Origin: CrAssphage sp. C0531BW4
Sequence record: MW067003.1
DNA: 40,000 nt
Direction: 5' to 3' (one strand)
Shown here: positions 27,835 to 38,041 of the stretch, one piece after another
How positions within the stretch are numbered: position 1 is the stretch's first letter
Layout: every line of letters begins with the position of its first letter
Notes under the pieces: generated by a model
What the model was told of the DNA's origin: nothing
What the model saw: the letters and a program-made list of their open reading frames with translations, nothing else
Databases searched by the model: none
Made by a program: the position numbers and the translations under genes

Positions 27835-29145
27835 TTAATAACCAAAACGCTCATCTTTCAGAACGTCTTTTTTACTGTCAGGTTTAGTTATTTTAATAGC
27901 TCCTTTTGTAGATTTACGTTGACTAGCAGTAAGTTTCAACTTTTTAGCTTCTTTATCAGAAACAGCCATTTCTATCAAACTATCATAACCTTTACCTGTA
28001 TATTTAAGCCAAGCCTTAAGCAGTTCTTCATCGCGTCTTTCAGCAGGAGATAACTTCATTAAATCATTTTCATAACGAGAAAGTCCTTTATCATCAACTT
28101 GATAAACATAATTGAAGAAATCTTCTGGAGTAGTAGAAATCTGTTTACCATTACGTTCAATAATAACAGTTTCAGGAATACGATAACCAGCAATTTGTCG
28201 TTTATCAATACATTCTTTAACTCCATTCCAAAATTCCACAAGTTGTTTCTCTTCTTCTGCTTTAACTCGCATAGCTTCTTTAGCATTAGCTTCACGCATT
28301 TCGTTATCAGCTTTCTGAAGAGCTTCAAGTTCTTCTTTAGCAACATTGAAAAGTTCGTTACTATCTTTAAGATATTGAATATACTTATCAACATTACCAC
28401 GACGATTAAATTCCTTAAACGCCTCACGAACAATAGCTTCTTGTTGACTTACATTATTTTCATCTACTTCAATACCGCTTCTATCTCGAAGTTCGCCAAA
28501 GCCTTCAAATGAATTACCATTTGCAACATAATAATTAAGAAAATCACCAACGATAGGATAATCTTCAAATAACTTATTAACACCGGCTTGAGCAAATTCA
28601 TCACGTTTTAAATCAATAACGGATTGAATATAACTTGCAACTCCTTGAGGAGTATTATCAAAAGCAACTGGTTTACCATCTTCTGAAGTAACAGAAACAC
28701 CTACAAGTTCTTGAATTGATTTAACATCAATAGTATTTTCTTCTTTAGTATCTTCTACTTCAAATTCTTTAAGATAAGCAGCAACTTCATTTTTAGCTTT
28801 AAAGATATTACCTTTATCGTCAATAAGATTACCGTCTTTATCAACAGTATATTTATTATCTCCATCTTCGATAATAGTACCTTCTTCTAAACCATGTTCA
28901 GCATCAGCGTCATTCGCTTTGTCATTAGGCTGACCCCCCGTGGAGGATGAAGATTGGTTATCTTTATTAGCATTAGAATCACTATTCCCATCTCCATTAC
29001 CATTATTAGTAATATCATCAATAGAATTACCATCAGCATCTAACTGCCCTGTTTTACCTGTATCAAGGTCTGTAATGTCGTCAGTAGGTTTTCCATCACC
29101 ATTAGATGTTTCACCATTAAAACCAAAACTATCAAAATTAGGCAT
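27835..29145 (-). CDS. Acidic, low-complexity N-terminus protein between MCP and portal; scaffold-like
   Basis: 436 aa, N-terminal D/N/G-rich disordered region then helical, charged C-terminal half. Confidence 0.65.
   Translation of the reverse strand: MPNFDSFGFNGETSNGDGKPTDDITDLDTGKTGQLDADGNSIDDITNNGNGDGNSDSNANKDNQSSSSTGGQPNDKANDADAEHGLEEGTIIEDGDNKYTVDKDGNLIDDKGNIFKAKNEVAAYLKEFEVEDTKEENTIDVKSIQELVGVSVTSEDGKPVAFDNTPQGVASYIQSVIDLKRDEFAQAGVNKLFEDYPIVGDFLNYYVANGNSFEGFGELRDRSGIEVDENNVSQQEAIVREAFKEFNRRGNVDKYIQYLKDSNELFNVAKEELEALQKADNEMREANAKEAMRVKAEEEKQLVEFWNGVKECIDKRQIAGYRIPETVIIERNGKQISTTPEDFFNYVYQVDDKGLSRYENDLMKLSPAERRDEELLKAWLKYTGKGYDSLIEMAVSDKEAKKLKLTASQRKSTKGAIKITKPDSKKDVLKDERFGY
28932..28949 (+). 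repeat. Interspersed motif copy 8
   Basis: gaccccccgtggaggatg. Confidence 0.9.
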
Positions 29146-29177
29146 AATTCTTTGTTTTTAATTAATTACTATACCAC

Positions 29178-29185
29178 AAATATAA
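29178..29185 (-). promoter_or_regulatory. Candidate Bacteroides-type -7 element (TATATTTG) upstream of the scaffold/MCP operon
   Basis: Minus strand TATATTTG fits TAnnTTTG, about 33-40 bp upstream of the ATG at 29145; no clear -33 TTTG seen. Confidence 0.3.
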
Positions 29186-29422
29186 ACTATAATAATAATA
29201 TGAGTTTTACTTGTATCGTTAAAATATGTTCACCTTTAAGCCGATTTGCCGACTAACATACTATTGCTAACTAGGATATTTATTACTGATAACCTATCCT
29301 GTCGCTTTCAGAGAAGCCGTGTATGAATCAAATTTTATCATAATGATTAATCTATCACGAAATGAATAAAGTGCTTAAAATGAGCTTAAAATGGCTCATG
29401 TGATGTAAATAAAAATGAAAAT

Positions 29423-29456
29423 GGGCTGAACCTACTTTCACAAGCAAGTTCAGCCC
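29423..29456 (-). terminator. Rho-independent terminator after the portal gene
   Basis: Minus strand GGGCTGAAC...GTTCAGCCC followed by ATTTTCATTTTTATTT, 30 bp past the portal stop. Confidence 0.75.
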
Positions 29457-29487
29457 TATTATGAACAAAATTTAGAAGTACAGCCGA

Positions 29488-31899
29488 TTATTTACTTTTG
29501 CTATCATAACGATTTTTATTCGTTTTTGCAATCTTGACTTTATCATCACTTTCTTTAAGTTTAACAGCTAATTCTTTTTCTTTAAGTTGTGCTTCAACGG
29601 AAGCCTTTTGAGCATCTAAACTAAGTTTACTACGTTCAAGATTAAGTCTAGCATTTTCCATACGTTCTTCAGCTTGACTCTTTTCAGCATCACTAAGACC
29701 ATTATCAAAACTCATAATATTAGCATTTGCTTTCATAGCTTCAATCTGACCATCAAGATATTTTTCAACTCTAATTGTTTCTCTATCTTGTTCTGCTTTT
29801 CTATCAATCTTAGCAAGTTCAAATTCTTGACGAAGTTGTTCTGTTTGTTGAGAAACACGTTCAACATCAAGTTCATGCTCACGTTGAATATTTTGATACT
29901 TATCAATAAGTTTACTAATTTGAGCAACATTATCTCCACGTATAGCAGCATTAGCCATATCCATATTACCATTCTGAGCAGCACTAAATGCAAGTTGTTT
30001 ATATTGTTCAAGTTTCTCACGTTCTTTAACAGAAGTTTTACAAGTAACAATATAATTGGCAAATATATGACTATTAACATCAAGACTTAAATATCTAATA
30101 TCACCATCTTTAGTTTTATAAGAAGTATTAAGACCATCAATCCAAGCAAGTTTAGTATAATCCATTTCAGCTTGATAATCTCGTTCTCTCATTTTATCAA
30201 ATATAAATTCAATAATAACAGAACCCATACTTCCACGAATAACTGCTTCATCAGTAACTCCTTTACCAGCACTATTAGCAATCTCACCATAACGTTGTGG
30301 AGTCATATCACATTCCATTTTAGCAGTCTGTTCAATCTCTTGAATAAGTTGCCCAAGTTCAGTAATATAATTATTCATACGACTTTCAAGATAACGAACA
30401 TTTTGTGCTTTAACAAGATTAGCATCATCTTCATCATCAATATAAAGTACTCCATCAGCAGCCATACGATATATAGTTTCAGCAGGTTTTTTACCAAGAA
30501 GAGATTTAGCAATCATAAGAACATTCATCTTATTTTTAGCAATAGCCATTTCTCTATGATAAGAAACTATATTACGAAATACTTGATAAGGAATAACTGT
30601 ATCTACAATACTAAATCTTCCAAAACCCGGCAAAAGTTCTGCAATACCATTATAAGGAAGTTTACCATTTCTATTGTAAGCAATAGGACGAGCCTTATAA
30701 GGATATATACTTGTAGCACGAGAGCCAATTCTAACGCTCTCATAAACTTGTGGACGCCACACCCATTCAATACTAATATCACCACCAGCAGGGTTAAGCT
30801 GATAAGTTTCATCAACAATTCTTGTTGTAACAAATGCTCCATTACTATATGTAAGAATACCTTCTTTTATTTCACCTCTCCAAACAGTATGCCAAACTTC
30901 AAATAAACCATTATTAGCATCACGAGCCATTATATTAGTGTTCTTAATATGTTGTAAATCATCTTTATTAAATTTACTACATATATCACCAAAATAATAC
31001 ATATACTTATCCCAATTTAAAAGTGCTTTATCACTAGAAGTAGTAGCACTATATTGATAATATGTATCAAGAGCTTCACGTTCTTTTTCAGAAAGATATT
31101 CATAAAATTCATCTATAATTTGCTGTTTAGTCAACATACGACGTTCAGCAAACATATCATAATCTTCTGCAAACATATTATCGTTAGGAACAGGAAAAGC
31201 ATCTCTAACACTAACAACACGTTTAATTAATTGACTACCTACAACGTCTCTATATGTATAACAAGCTCCAAAAGCAACAAATTCAAAATAAGCTCTAGCA
31301 TATATAGTAAAAGCATCAGTAAGGTCGTCAATAACATTAATTAAATCTTGTCCTTGTGCGCTAATATCATCAATAAAATTTTCATTAAACTCTTTAATAA
31401 AAGCTTCAATATCAACAGCTTGTTCAGGATTAAATTGTTCAGGATTATTACCTTCATTAACAAACTGCATATAACTTTCTTGTATTTTCTTAGCAACAGC
31501 TTGTTCTGCAAGCATCATAATTTGTTTACCAAGTTCAGCATCTCTAGCAAATACAACTTCTGGATTATTAGCTCCAACAATAAAATCATGTGGATTCTTA
31601 ATATATTCACCAATATATCTTCTAATAATACCTTTCATCATATCATAATTACGCATAGTAGCTGGAAAACGAGTTAGATTTTCATCTTTCTCATTATAAG
31701 GATTAAGAGTTTTTCTATAATATTCTCTAGGAATATTGCCAAGAAGTATATTAAACTTTTCTTCTACATTAAAATCAGCTTTACAAGCAATGCCAGCTTC
31801 TATAACATAATCACAACATTTAGCATACCAATCAACTTCTTGTTTTTCAGCATAACTAATATGCTGATTAGGAAAATCAAGTCTACCAAAATTATACAT
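29488..31899 (-). CDS. Portal protein
   Basis: 803 aa MYNFGRLDFPNQHISYAEKQEVDWYAKCCDYVIEAG..., long helical C-terminus, between TerL and MCP; recognised as crAss-like portal. Confidence 0.9.
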   Translation of the reverse strand: MYNFGRLDFPNQHISYAEKQEVDWYAKCCDYVIEAGIACKADFNVEEKFNILLGNIPREYYRKTLNPYNEKDENLTRFPATMRNYDMMKGIIRRYIGEYIKNPHDFIVGANNPEVVFARDAELGKQIMMLAEQAVAKKIQESYMQFVNEGNNPEQFNPEQAVDIEAFIKEFNENFIDDISAQGQDLINVIDDLTDAFTIYARAYFEFVAFGACYTYRDVVGSQLIKRVVSVRDAFPVPNDNMFAEDYDMFAERRMLTKQQIIDEFYEYLSEKEREALDTYYQYSATTSSDKALLNWDKYMYYFGDICSKFNKDDLQHIKNTNIMARDANNGLFEVWHTVWRGEIKEGILTYSNGAFVTTRIVDETYQLNPAGGDISIEWVWRPQVYESVRIGSRATSIYPYKARPIAYNRNGKLPYNGIAELLPGFGRFSIVDTVIPYQVFRNIVSYHREMAIAKNKMNVLMIAKSLLGKKPAETIYRMAADGVLYIDDEDDANLVKAQNVRYLESRMNNYITELGQLIQEIEQTAKMECDMTPQRYGEIANSAGKGVTDEAVIRGSMGSVIIEFIFDKMRERDYQAEMDYTKLAWIDGLNTSYKTKDGDIRYLSLDVNSHIFANYIVTCKTSVKEREKLEQYKQLAFSAAQNGNMDMANAAIRGDNVAQISKLIDKYQNIQREHELDVERVSQQTEQLRQEFELAKIDRKAEQDRETIRVEKYLDGQIEAMKANANIMSFDNGLSDAEKSQAEERMENARLNLERSKLSLDAQKASVEAQLKEKELAVKLKESDDKVKIAKTNKNRYDSKSK

Positions 31900-31917
31900 A
31901 TCTTTATTTGTTTAATC

Positions 31918-34173
31918 TTAAAACCATTGTCTATTAAAAATATCTGTTTTATCATTATCTTCTGTAACTTTCTTACGACTAGCAAGTTCTCGTTTACCTT
32001 TAATATCAATAGACTTCCAATATATACCCAAAAGTATAAGACTAGATATACGGTCAAAGTTACCTTCAGCATTAAACTTTTTAAGTTCAAGAATTGTTTG
32101 ATAATCAAGAAATCTTTCAAAAACATAAATATCTTCTCCAAATTCATTCTTACCAATAACTTCATATAAGAACTCTTTAAGAAGACGAAGACCGTCTAGT
32201 TTCTTAGGACCACTACCAATATTATAACCATAACTAGTACTAACTTTTTCTTTAACAGCAGAATCCCAAACATATAAAGGTTCATAACCTAAATATTTAG
32301 TAGCTTTCCATTTACGAAAATTAGAAACAGTTTCACCACGATTTATTTCTACAAGTCCAGTACCAATACAATTATACCATTTACATAGTCGATAAAACTT
32401 TTCATCAGCTTCTTCTAGTCGTTCAGTACGTCCATAATATGCAGCACACAACTTAGGTTTAAATCCATTACGTTCTCTAGGCATTTCAATAACAAATATA
32501 CTATTATGAGAATGTCTATCAGTAATTTCTTTTTTATCTTTATCAATACCAACAGGATCATAAACTGTAACATAAGTACCTGGAAGAATACTTCTTACAA
32601 GTCTATCATTAATATATGTTTCTTCATATTCAGGAGCAAACCAAACTCTTATACAACCATGAGGGTCTTCATTACCACGTCTAGGAACTCCTTGAATATA
32701 ATCATAAGTTTTCATATCAGGATTTTCAATTCTTATACGGGCATTAGATTTAAAATAAATCTTTTTAGTTCCATCTTCAAATAATTCACCATCAGTATAA
32801 AACTTATAACTATTATCAACTCGAAGTTTATCTTCAAATTTATTAAGAGCTTCACTACTAAATATATTTTCACTAGCACTACTAAAAGATTCAGCAGGAA
32901 ATAAAGCGCGCTGACCAAGATAATTAAGATATTCTGCAAAAGTCTTAGCAGTCTTTTTCTTTTCAATTCTTTCTCGTGCAGCAAGCTGAAGCCCTATTCG
33001 TAGATTACTATTTCCATCTTCATCAAATCCTTTAACTCCATCTATTTCTCCTTCAAGACCCCAAGCATAAGATTTAAAAAATCCACAAACTTCATTACGA
33101 GCATCATTATCAAAAACATTTTCAAAAGCCATAAATCCAAATGCTCTAGGATTATAAAAGTTTTGTTCAAATATTTGCATATTAGCAGCAGTAGCAGTTC
33201 CCCAAGCCATAAGAGTACCAGTAGTACGAGTACCAACAGTCATTGTAGGTTCAGTTACATTCATAAACTCATCAAAATTCTGCATTGTAGATAACTCTTC
33301 AACTTTAATTGTAACAGCATCTTTACCAATAGCACAGTCTGGATTATTATTAGCACTAACGCTTAAAAGAGAACTAGACCAACTATCATCAGCTTCAACT
33401 CCATTTTTCATACGATAACCAAGTTTAAAACTATCAGTAGTAGGACTATATATACCTCTTTTAAATGGAGTCTTTTCTTCAAAGAACTTTAAATTATTAA
33501 CAGCAAAGTCACTTAAACCACCTTGTTTAATTAAGTATTTATTATCAGCCGCAACATGAATAACAACTTTATGCTTAGATAAGTTAACTTCATTAGAACT
33601 ATCAGCAGCCATAATATAAGAAAAACCTCCACGTCGAGTTTTATCAATAATAAGATGTAAACCATTACGTCTACAAAATTCTATAATTTGCCAAGTCCAA
33701 AATTGAGCATCAATAAAACTAGGAAAACTATAAATCTTTTTAGCAGTAGCTCCATGTTCAGTAACAATAACAGATGATTCATCTGTACGTTCCATACGAG
33801 TATAATTAAGAAAATTATAATGACCACCTGTTATCCAAACATCTTCTATACTTCCATCTGGATTTTGCCAACAAGGAGCAGAAAAACCATTACGTCGTCT
33901 ATCACATTCTCTACGTCTAAATTGTCTATGAGGAATACTATCAACTTTAAATTGTGTATATCTACCTGTGGCTTGATATGTTCTAGCAGCTTCATTAAAA
34001 AGTTCAGTATTAACAAATTTGCCAGGTCTAATATTTAAAAGAAAACCACCACTATCTCCAATTAAAAAGTTATTATGAGGGTCATACCATCCACAATCAC
34101 TAGCTTTCTTATACTTTTTCTCTTTATCAGGTTCTTCAATGTATTCTAGAAAAGGATATTTACCATCAGCCAT
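31918..34173 (-). CDS. terL: Terminase large subunit
   Basis: 751 aa; DKTRRGGFSYIMAADSSNEVNL Walker-like region, TVYDPVGIDKDKKEITDRHSHNSIFVIEM nuclease-domain region; crAss-like TerL character. Confidence 0.9.
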   Translation of the reverse strand: MADGKYPFLEYIEEPDKEKKYKKASDCGWYDPHNNFLIGDSGGFLLNIRPGKFVNTELFNEAARTYQATGRYTQFKVDSIPHRQFRRRECDRRRNGFSAPCWQNPDGSIEDVWITGGHYNFLNYTRMERTDESSVIVTEHGATAKKIYSFPSFIDAQFWTWQIIEFCRRNGLHLIIDKTRRGGFSYIMAADSSNEVNLSKHKVVIHVAADNKYLIKQGGLSDFAVNNLKFFEEKTPFKRGIYSPTTDSFKLGYRMKNGVEADDSWSSSLLSVSANNNPDCAIGKDAVTIKVEELSTMQNFDEFMNVTEPTMTVGTRTTGTLMAWGTATAANMQIFEQNFYNPRAFGFMAFENVFDNDARNEVCGFFKSYAWGLEGEIDGVKGFDEDGNSNLRIGLQLAARERIEKKKTAKTFAEYLNYLGQRALFPAESFSSASENIFSSEALNKFEDKLRVDNSYKFYTDGELFEDGTKKIYFKSNARIRIENPDMKTYDYIQGVPRRGNEDPHGCIRVWFAPEYEETYINDRLVRSILPGTYVTVYDPVGIDKDKKEITDRHSHNSIFVIEMPRERNGFKPKLCAAYYGRTERLEEADEKFYRLCKWYNCIGTGLVEINRGETVSNFRKWKATKYLGYEPLYVWDSAVKEKVSTSYGYNIGSGPKKLDGLRLLKEFLYEVIGKNEFGEDIYVFERFLDYQTILELKKFNAEGNFDRISSLILLGIYWKSIDIKGKRELASRKKVTEDNDKTDIFNRQWF

Positions 34174-34179
34174 AATATT

Positions 34180-34602
34180 TTATTTAACTAGTAAACAAAC
34201 AACAAAAGCGATAGCGCAAACAGCACCACCGCTTACCAAATATCTATTCTTACGTTTAATACGTTCAATAGACTTATTTAAATTATCATTTACTTTATTA
34301 CTATTATCAAGATTATTTTGTAAAGTTTCAACTTCTTTATAAAGAGCATTATATTTAATCTTATGGAGATTAATTATACTATCTTGTTCGTTAATAATAT
34401 CTTTATAAAGTTTAGCTTTAATAATTTTAGTATTAGCAATCTTAATCATATTAATAGGAACAAGAACAGTTGTATCAGTAGTGTTGACTCCCCGTGGAGG
34501 ATGCACTATATTATCAATCTCACTCTGACACCAACTTCTTGAATAACTCCCAAGTAGCACTATCATTAAGACTAATAACTTTATCTTCAATATCTTTTTC
34601 AT
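34180..34602 (-). CDS. Probable spanin-like protein: N-terminal signal-like segment, coiled coil, C-terminal TM
   Basis: 140 aa MKKILKIKLLVLMIVLLGSYSRSWCQSE...VSGGAVCAIAFVVCLLVK, adjacent to endolysin. Confidence 0.5.
   Translation of the reverse strand: MKKILKIKLLVLMIVLLGSYSRSWCQSEIDNIVHPPRGVNTTDTTVLVPINMIKIANTKIIKAKLYKDIINEQDSIINLHKIKYNALYKEVETLQNNLDNSNKVNDNLNKSIERIKRKNRYLVSGGAVCAIAFVVCLLVK
34486..34503 (+). repeat. Interspersed motif copy 9
   Basis: gactccccgtggaggatg. Confidence 0.9.
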
Positions 34603-34798
34603 GTTCTTTAAGTTTATAAACTATACTTTCTCTTTCAGTTATAACTAACTGTATAGAATCAATCCGAACATGATTAATAGCGGTGTCACTTTTATTATAT
34701 GAATTGGCTTCTACACTAAAACGACTTATTGATAAATACAGAGTAACACATAAATTAATAATCGCTATTATAAATATTGCTATTAACATCTTCTTCAT
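34520..34798 (-). CDS. Probable spanin-like/lysis accessory membrane protein
   Basis: 92 aa, N-terminal TM (MLIAIFIIAIINLCVTLYL) then charged helix; overlaps the neighbouring gene by 83 bp. Confidence 0.5.
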   Translation of the reverse strand: MKKMLIAIFIIAIINLCVTLYLSISRFSVEANSYNKSDTAINHVRIDSIQLVITERESIVYKLKEHEKDIEDKVISLNDSATWELFKKLVSE

Positions 34799-34817
34799 AA
34801 TTCTATACAGTATTAAG

Positions 34818-35246
34818 TTAATCTTTTATTTCTATAAGTTTATTAAGTAAATCAAGATTCCATCTACCAGTTTCTTTAAGACCAAGGACTCTTTGAGCCA
34901 TCTTGATAGCTGCAACTTGACCACAATTTACATTAGTATCAAATAATTGTTCAGCAACTCTCTGACTATTAAAATCATCAAGTTCAAATACATCCCAATA
35001 ACCTATTTTATACTTTTCCCAAATAAGTTTTTGAAGTTGAACATCATTATCAAGTTTAGATTTAAATTCTTTACTACCAACAGTATAATGTTTCTTATAA
35101 GAATCAATCATAGTCCAACCTTGCCAAGTAGGATTATATTTACGACTGATACCTCTATAAGTTTCTCCACCAGCATCATCTTTATCGTTTACATAACCAC
35201 CTTCTTTAATAGATAGTTTTTTAAAAGCATCTCCAAAGTAAGCCAT
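34818..35246 (-). CDS. Endolysin, GH108-family N-acetylmuramidase-like
   Basis: 142 aa with KEGGYVNDKDDAGGETYRGIS and C-terminal VAAIKMAQRVLGLKETGRWN. Confidence 0.88.
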   Translation of the reverse strand: MAYFGDAFKKLSIKEGGYVNDKDDAGGETYRGISRKYNPTWQGWTMIDSYKKHYTVGSKEFKSKLDNDVQLQKLIWEKYKIGYWDVFELDDFNSQRVAEQLFDTNVNCGQVAAIKMAQRVLGLKETGRWNLDLLNKLIEIKD

Positions 35247-35249
35247 AAT

Positions 35250-35447
35250 TTAATTTATATAAGGATTAGTACAATATCTAAAACAATCAACAGCATCATA
35301 ATATTCATCTTCATCAAATTCTTTAATTGTAACCCAAAACCAAAGAACTTTAATTTGAACTTTATAAATCACAAATTCAAAGTCATCACCAATATGATGT
35401 TCATCGCCAATTAATCTTATATTTTTTCTACGATTAATAATATACAT
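35250..35447 (-). CDS. Small hypothetical protein
   Basis: 65-aa ORF packed between lysis genes. Confidence 0.55.
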   Translation of the reverse strand: MYIINRRKNIRLIGDEHHIGDDFEFVIYKVQIKVLWFWVTIKEFDEDEYYDAVDCFRYCTNPYIN

Positions 35448-35450
35448 AAC

Positions 35451-35801
35451 TTATTCTTCAAGAGTTCTACGAATCCAACCTCTAAGAAATTTAATATTAT
35501 TTCCTTTACCAGCAATATCATTATAATATCTAATACGTTCTAGCTTATATTTAGCAACAAAATAATCAGCACTAATAGTCGTATCAGATTTATAAGCATT
35601 AAGAGAGTCTTGAGTTCTACGAAGTAATTCTTTAGTTAGAACTAATTCATTAACAGCAGTAGAATCAGTAACAGGAACATATCTAATCTCTGGAACAGGA
35701 GTAATACGTTTAGTACATCCACTAGATAAACAAACAGCAAATATAACTAAAACAATAAAACCAATAATTACTCCAATTAAATTGTCTTTATTTAATTTCA
35801 T
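35451..35801 (-). CDS. Membrane-anchored lysis-region protein
   Basis: 116 aa, N-terminal TM and LSSGCTKR. Confidence 0.55.
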   Translation of the reverse strand: MKLNKDNLIGVIIGFIVLVIFAVCLSSGCTKRITPVPEIRYVPVTDSTAVNELVLTKELLRRTQDSLNAYKSDTTISADYFVAKYKLERIRYYNDIAGKGNNIKFLRGWIRRTLEE

Positions 35802-36850
35802 ATAGCAAGTTTAAATTGAGTTTGAACACCATTAGCTTTAATTTGTAATTCTCTATCTTTAAGAACTTTATTAATATCATCACGTAGATAATTCATAGTA
35901 AAGAACTTAGTAGTTTCAACAGGATTTTCTTTAATATGATAAAGACCATCAGAAAATCTTTTTGGCATACCATATTCATTAAGCTCAAAATCACTATCAA
36001 TATGACATAACCAAATACCTTTAATAGTTAAACCAAGTATATATTCAACAGCAAAAGCATACATACTAAGTTGAAGATTATATATAGCACCATTACAATT
36101 AGGGAGATGATTAAGAGGAGCTAAAAGTCGTTCATCTTTATCAACCCAAACATTAGTTTGTTGTGCAGGTTTAACTGTTTTATCTTTCTTATAATAACCA
36201 CTACTAAATTTTAATCCACCACGATTTGTTTTCCAATCACCTACAACAGCACAATTAGTATCTTCATTAACTAGAAGAATATCAATAGTTCCACTAATTA
36301 ACCAATCTATAAGAAACATACCAATCTCACTATAAATCTTATATCCTCTTTCAGTGTACATTTTAAACGCATCATAAATAAGAGGATAACGATTATTAGT
36401 AAGTTCAATAAAATCTTTAAGATTAAGTAATTTATAACTAGCACCAAAATTTGGTATATCAGCAATAGTAACCATTACACCATCTTCTCGTTTATCAAGA
36501 TAATTAATAGCTTGTTGAAACATAGATGCTCCTTTAACACCATCTTCAAGACCATTATGAGTATTAGTTCCACGTTCACAAGCTTCTTTAGTAATAGTTG
36601 ACCATTGTTCTTCTAATTTCTTCTCACTTATTCCTAGTTCTTTAGACTTCTTTCTCAACCAATAGTTCTTATCGAACTTCGGTTGATATCCATGAAGGAT
36701 AGTAGTGGTTGAAATATAATCATTACCAAGACTATCATTATACTTATGTTCTTCTTCATGAAAAATAAGTCTAATATCATTATATCTTTTATCTTTAAGT
36801 TCCATATTAATATTATTAAGTTCAACACTAGCTTGGACCCGCTTCGGCAC
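35798..36850 (-). CDS. PD-(D/E)XK nuclease
   Basis: 350 aa with FHEEEHKYND...STTTIL, SGTIDILLVNEDTNCAVVGDWKTNR, LQLSMYAFAVE (RecB/Cas4-like nuclease arrangement). Confidence 0.8.
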   Translation of the reverse strand: MPKRVQASVELNNINMELKDKRYNDIRLIFHEEEHKYNDSLGNDYISTTTILHGYQPKFDKNYWLRKKSKELGISEKKLEEQWSTITKEACERGTNTHNGLEDGVKGASMFQQAINYLDKREDGVMVTIADIPNFGASYKLLNLKDFIELTNNRYPLIYDAFKMYTERGYKIYSEIGMFLIDWLISGTIDILLVNEDTNCAVVGDWKTNRGGLKFSSGYYKKDKTVKPAQQTNVWVDKDERLLAPLNHLPNCNGAIYNLQLSMYAFAVEYILGLTIKGIWLCHIDSDFELNEYGMPKRFSDGLYHIKENPVETTKFFTMNYLRDDINKVLKDRELQIKANGVQTQFKLAI

Positions 36851-36865
36851 TACGTGCCTACGCTA

Positions 36866-36883
36866 GACTCCCCGTAGAGGATG
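36866..36883 (+). repeat. Interspersed motif copy 10 (intergenic)
   Basis: gactccccgtagaggatg. Confidence 0.9.
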
Positions 36884-36901
36884 GAGTAGATTAGCATCAG
36901 C

Positions 36902-37501
36902 TTATTCTTCAATCATACTACTAGTAATTTCAACACCACCTCTACCAGCAACATTCTCTTGTTCATACAGAAGATTTTCTTCAGCTACATTAAGAGCTTT
37001 AATCGTATTTGGAAACTGATTAGCTAAATCATTAATTTGTTTCATATAACCAATAACAACTGGAACATCTTCAAGACTAGCACCATCAGATAACTTGTCA
37101 TTCAGCAACTCATTTAATTTGCTAGCAGCTAAAGCAACATTATGAATACCACGCTTAATATTAAGTACAGCTTCCATACCAGCTCCAGCTTTTTGATTAT
37201 AATATCTTTTAATAAGTTTCCAAACAAGAATATCAGGTTGATAATTTTTAGGTAAATCAAAGTTTTCAATAGCTTTCTTAAGAGCTTCTTTTTCACTAAG
37301 ACCTTCTTGTAGACACGGACCTTTAGGGTCACCAAGATAATAAATAACTCCAACTTCTTTAATATACATCTCTTTATTAGGAGATTTATCTCTAGTATAA
37401 AGAAGACTAACATCTCTATCAAGAAGTTGTTTAAGTGTAGGAGCTTTTGGCATACCAGTTTCATCTATGGTCAGCATCCAATCCAATTCCAAACCGTTCA
37501 T
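36902..37501 (-). CDS. Conserved hypothetical crAss-like protein
   Basis: 199-aa ORF. Confidence 0.65.
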   Translation of the reverse strand: MNGLELDWMLTIDETGMPKAPTLKQLLDRDVSLLYTRDKSPNKEMYIKEVGVIYYLGDPKGPCLQEGLSEKEALKKAIENFDLPKNYQPDILVWKLIKRYYNQKAGAGMEAVLNIKRGIHNVALAASKLNELLNDKLSDGASLEDVPVVIGYMKQINDLANQFPNTIKALNVAEENLLYEQENVAGRGGVEITSSMIEE

Positions 37502-38027
37502 ATATTTCTTCTACTTCTTCATCAAATTCAATAATTTCAAGTTTACCCATAGCATATAGCCAAAGATTAGCATAAGCAGCACTATGTTTTTTACTTAGTT
37601 TAATCCAAATAGGAAGAAGTTTCTTTTTAAACTTAAGTTCAGTCTTAATCTTTTCTTCTTCTTCATAATGTTTTTGCTTTTCTTCTTCCATAACTTTAGC
37701 AGTATATTCTTTATACTCTTCTCTAGTCATAGTTTTTCTAGCTTCTTTAAAGTCTTTATAATGACTAATAAGTTTGGAACGATACCAATTCTTTTGAATA
37801 GTGCCAATATGAGGAATAGCAACACATTTATCTTTTCGTATATTAATACTAGCTTCTTTTTCAAGACTTTCAATAATAGATTTACAAAGTATTCTATCAT
37901 CACCTTGAAATCCAATATCATCTAATATATTATTTATATCTTTATAGATAAGAATATAATCATCATCAAAATCTTCATGAGAACTAGTATTAGCAATATT
38001 AAAACTAGTATTAGTCTTAAAATCCAT
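37461..38027 (-). CDS. Conserved hypothetical protein (central segment vaguely IHF/HU-like: ASINIRKDKCVAIPHIGTIQKNWY)
   Basis: 188-aa ORF, overlaps neighbour by 41 bp. Confidence 0.6.
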   Translation of the reverse strand: MDFKTNTSFNIANTSSHEDFDDDYILIYKDINNILDDIGFQGDDRILCKSIIESLEKEASINIRKDKCVAIPHIGTIQKNWYRSKLISHYKDFKEARKTMTREEYKEYTAKVMEEEKQKHYEEEEKIKTELKFKKKLLPIWIKLSKKHSAAYANLWLYAMGKLEIIEFDEEVEEIYERFGIGLDADHR

Positions 38028-38041
38028 AATGGAAAGTTTAA

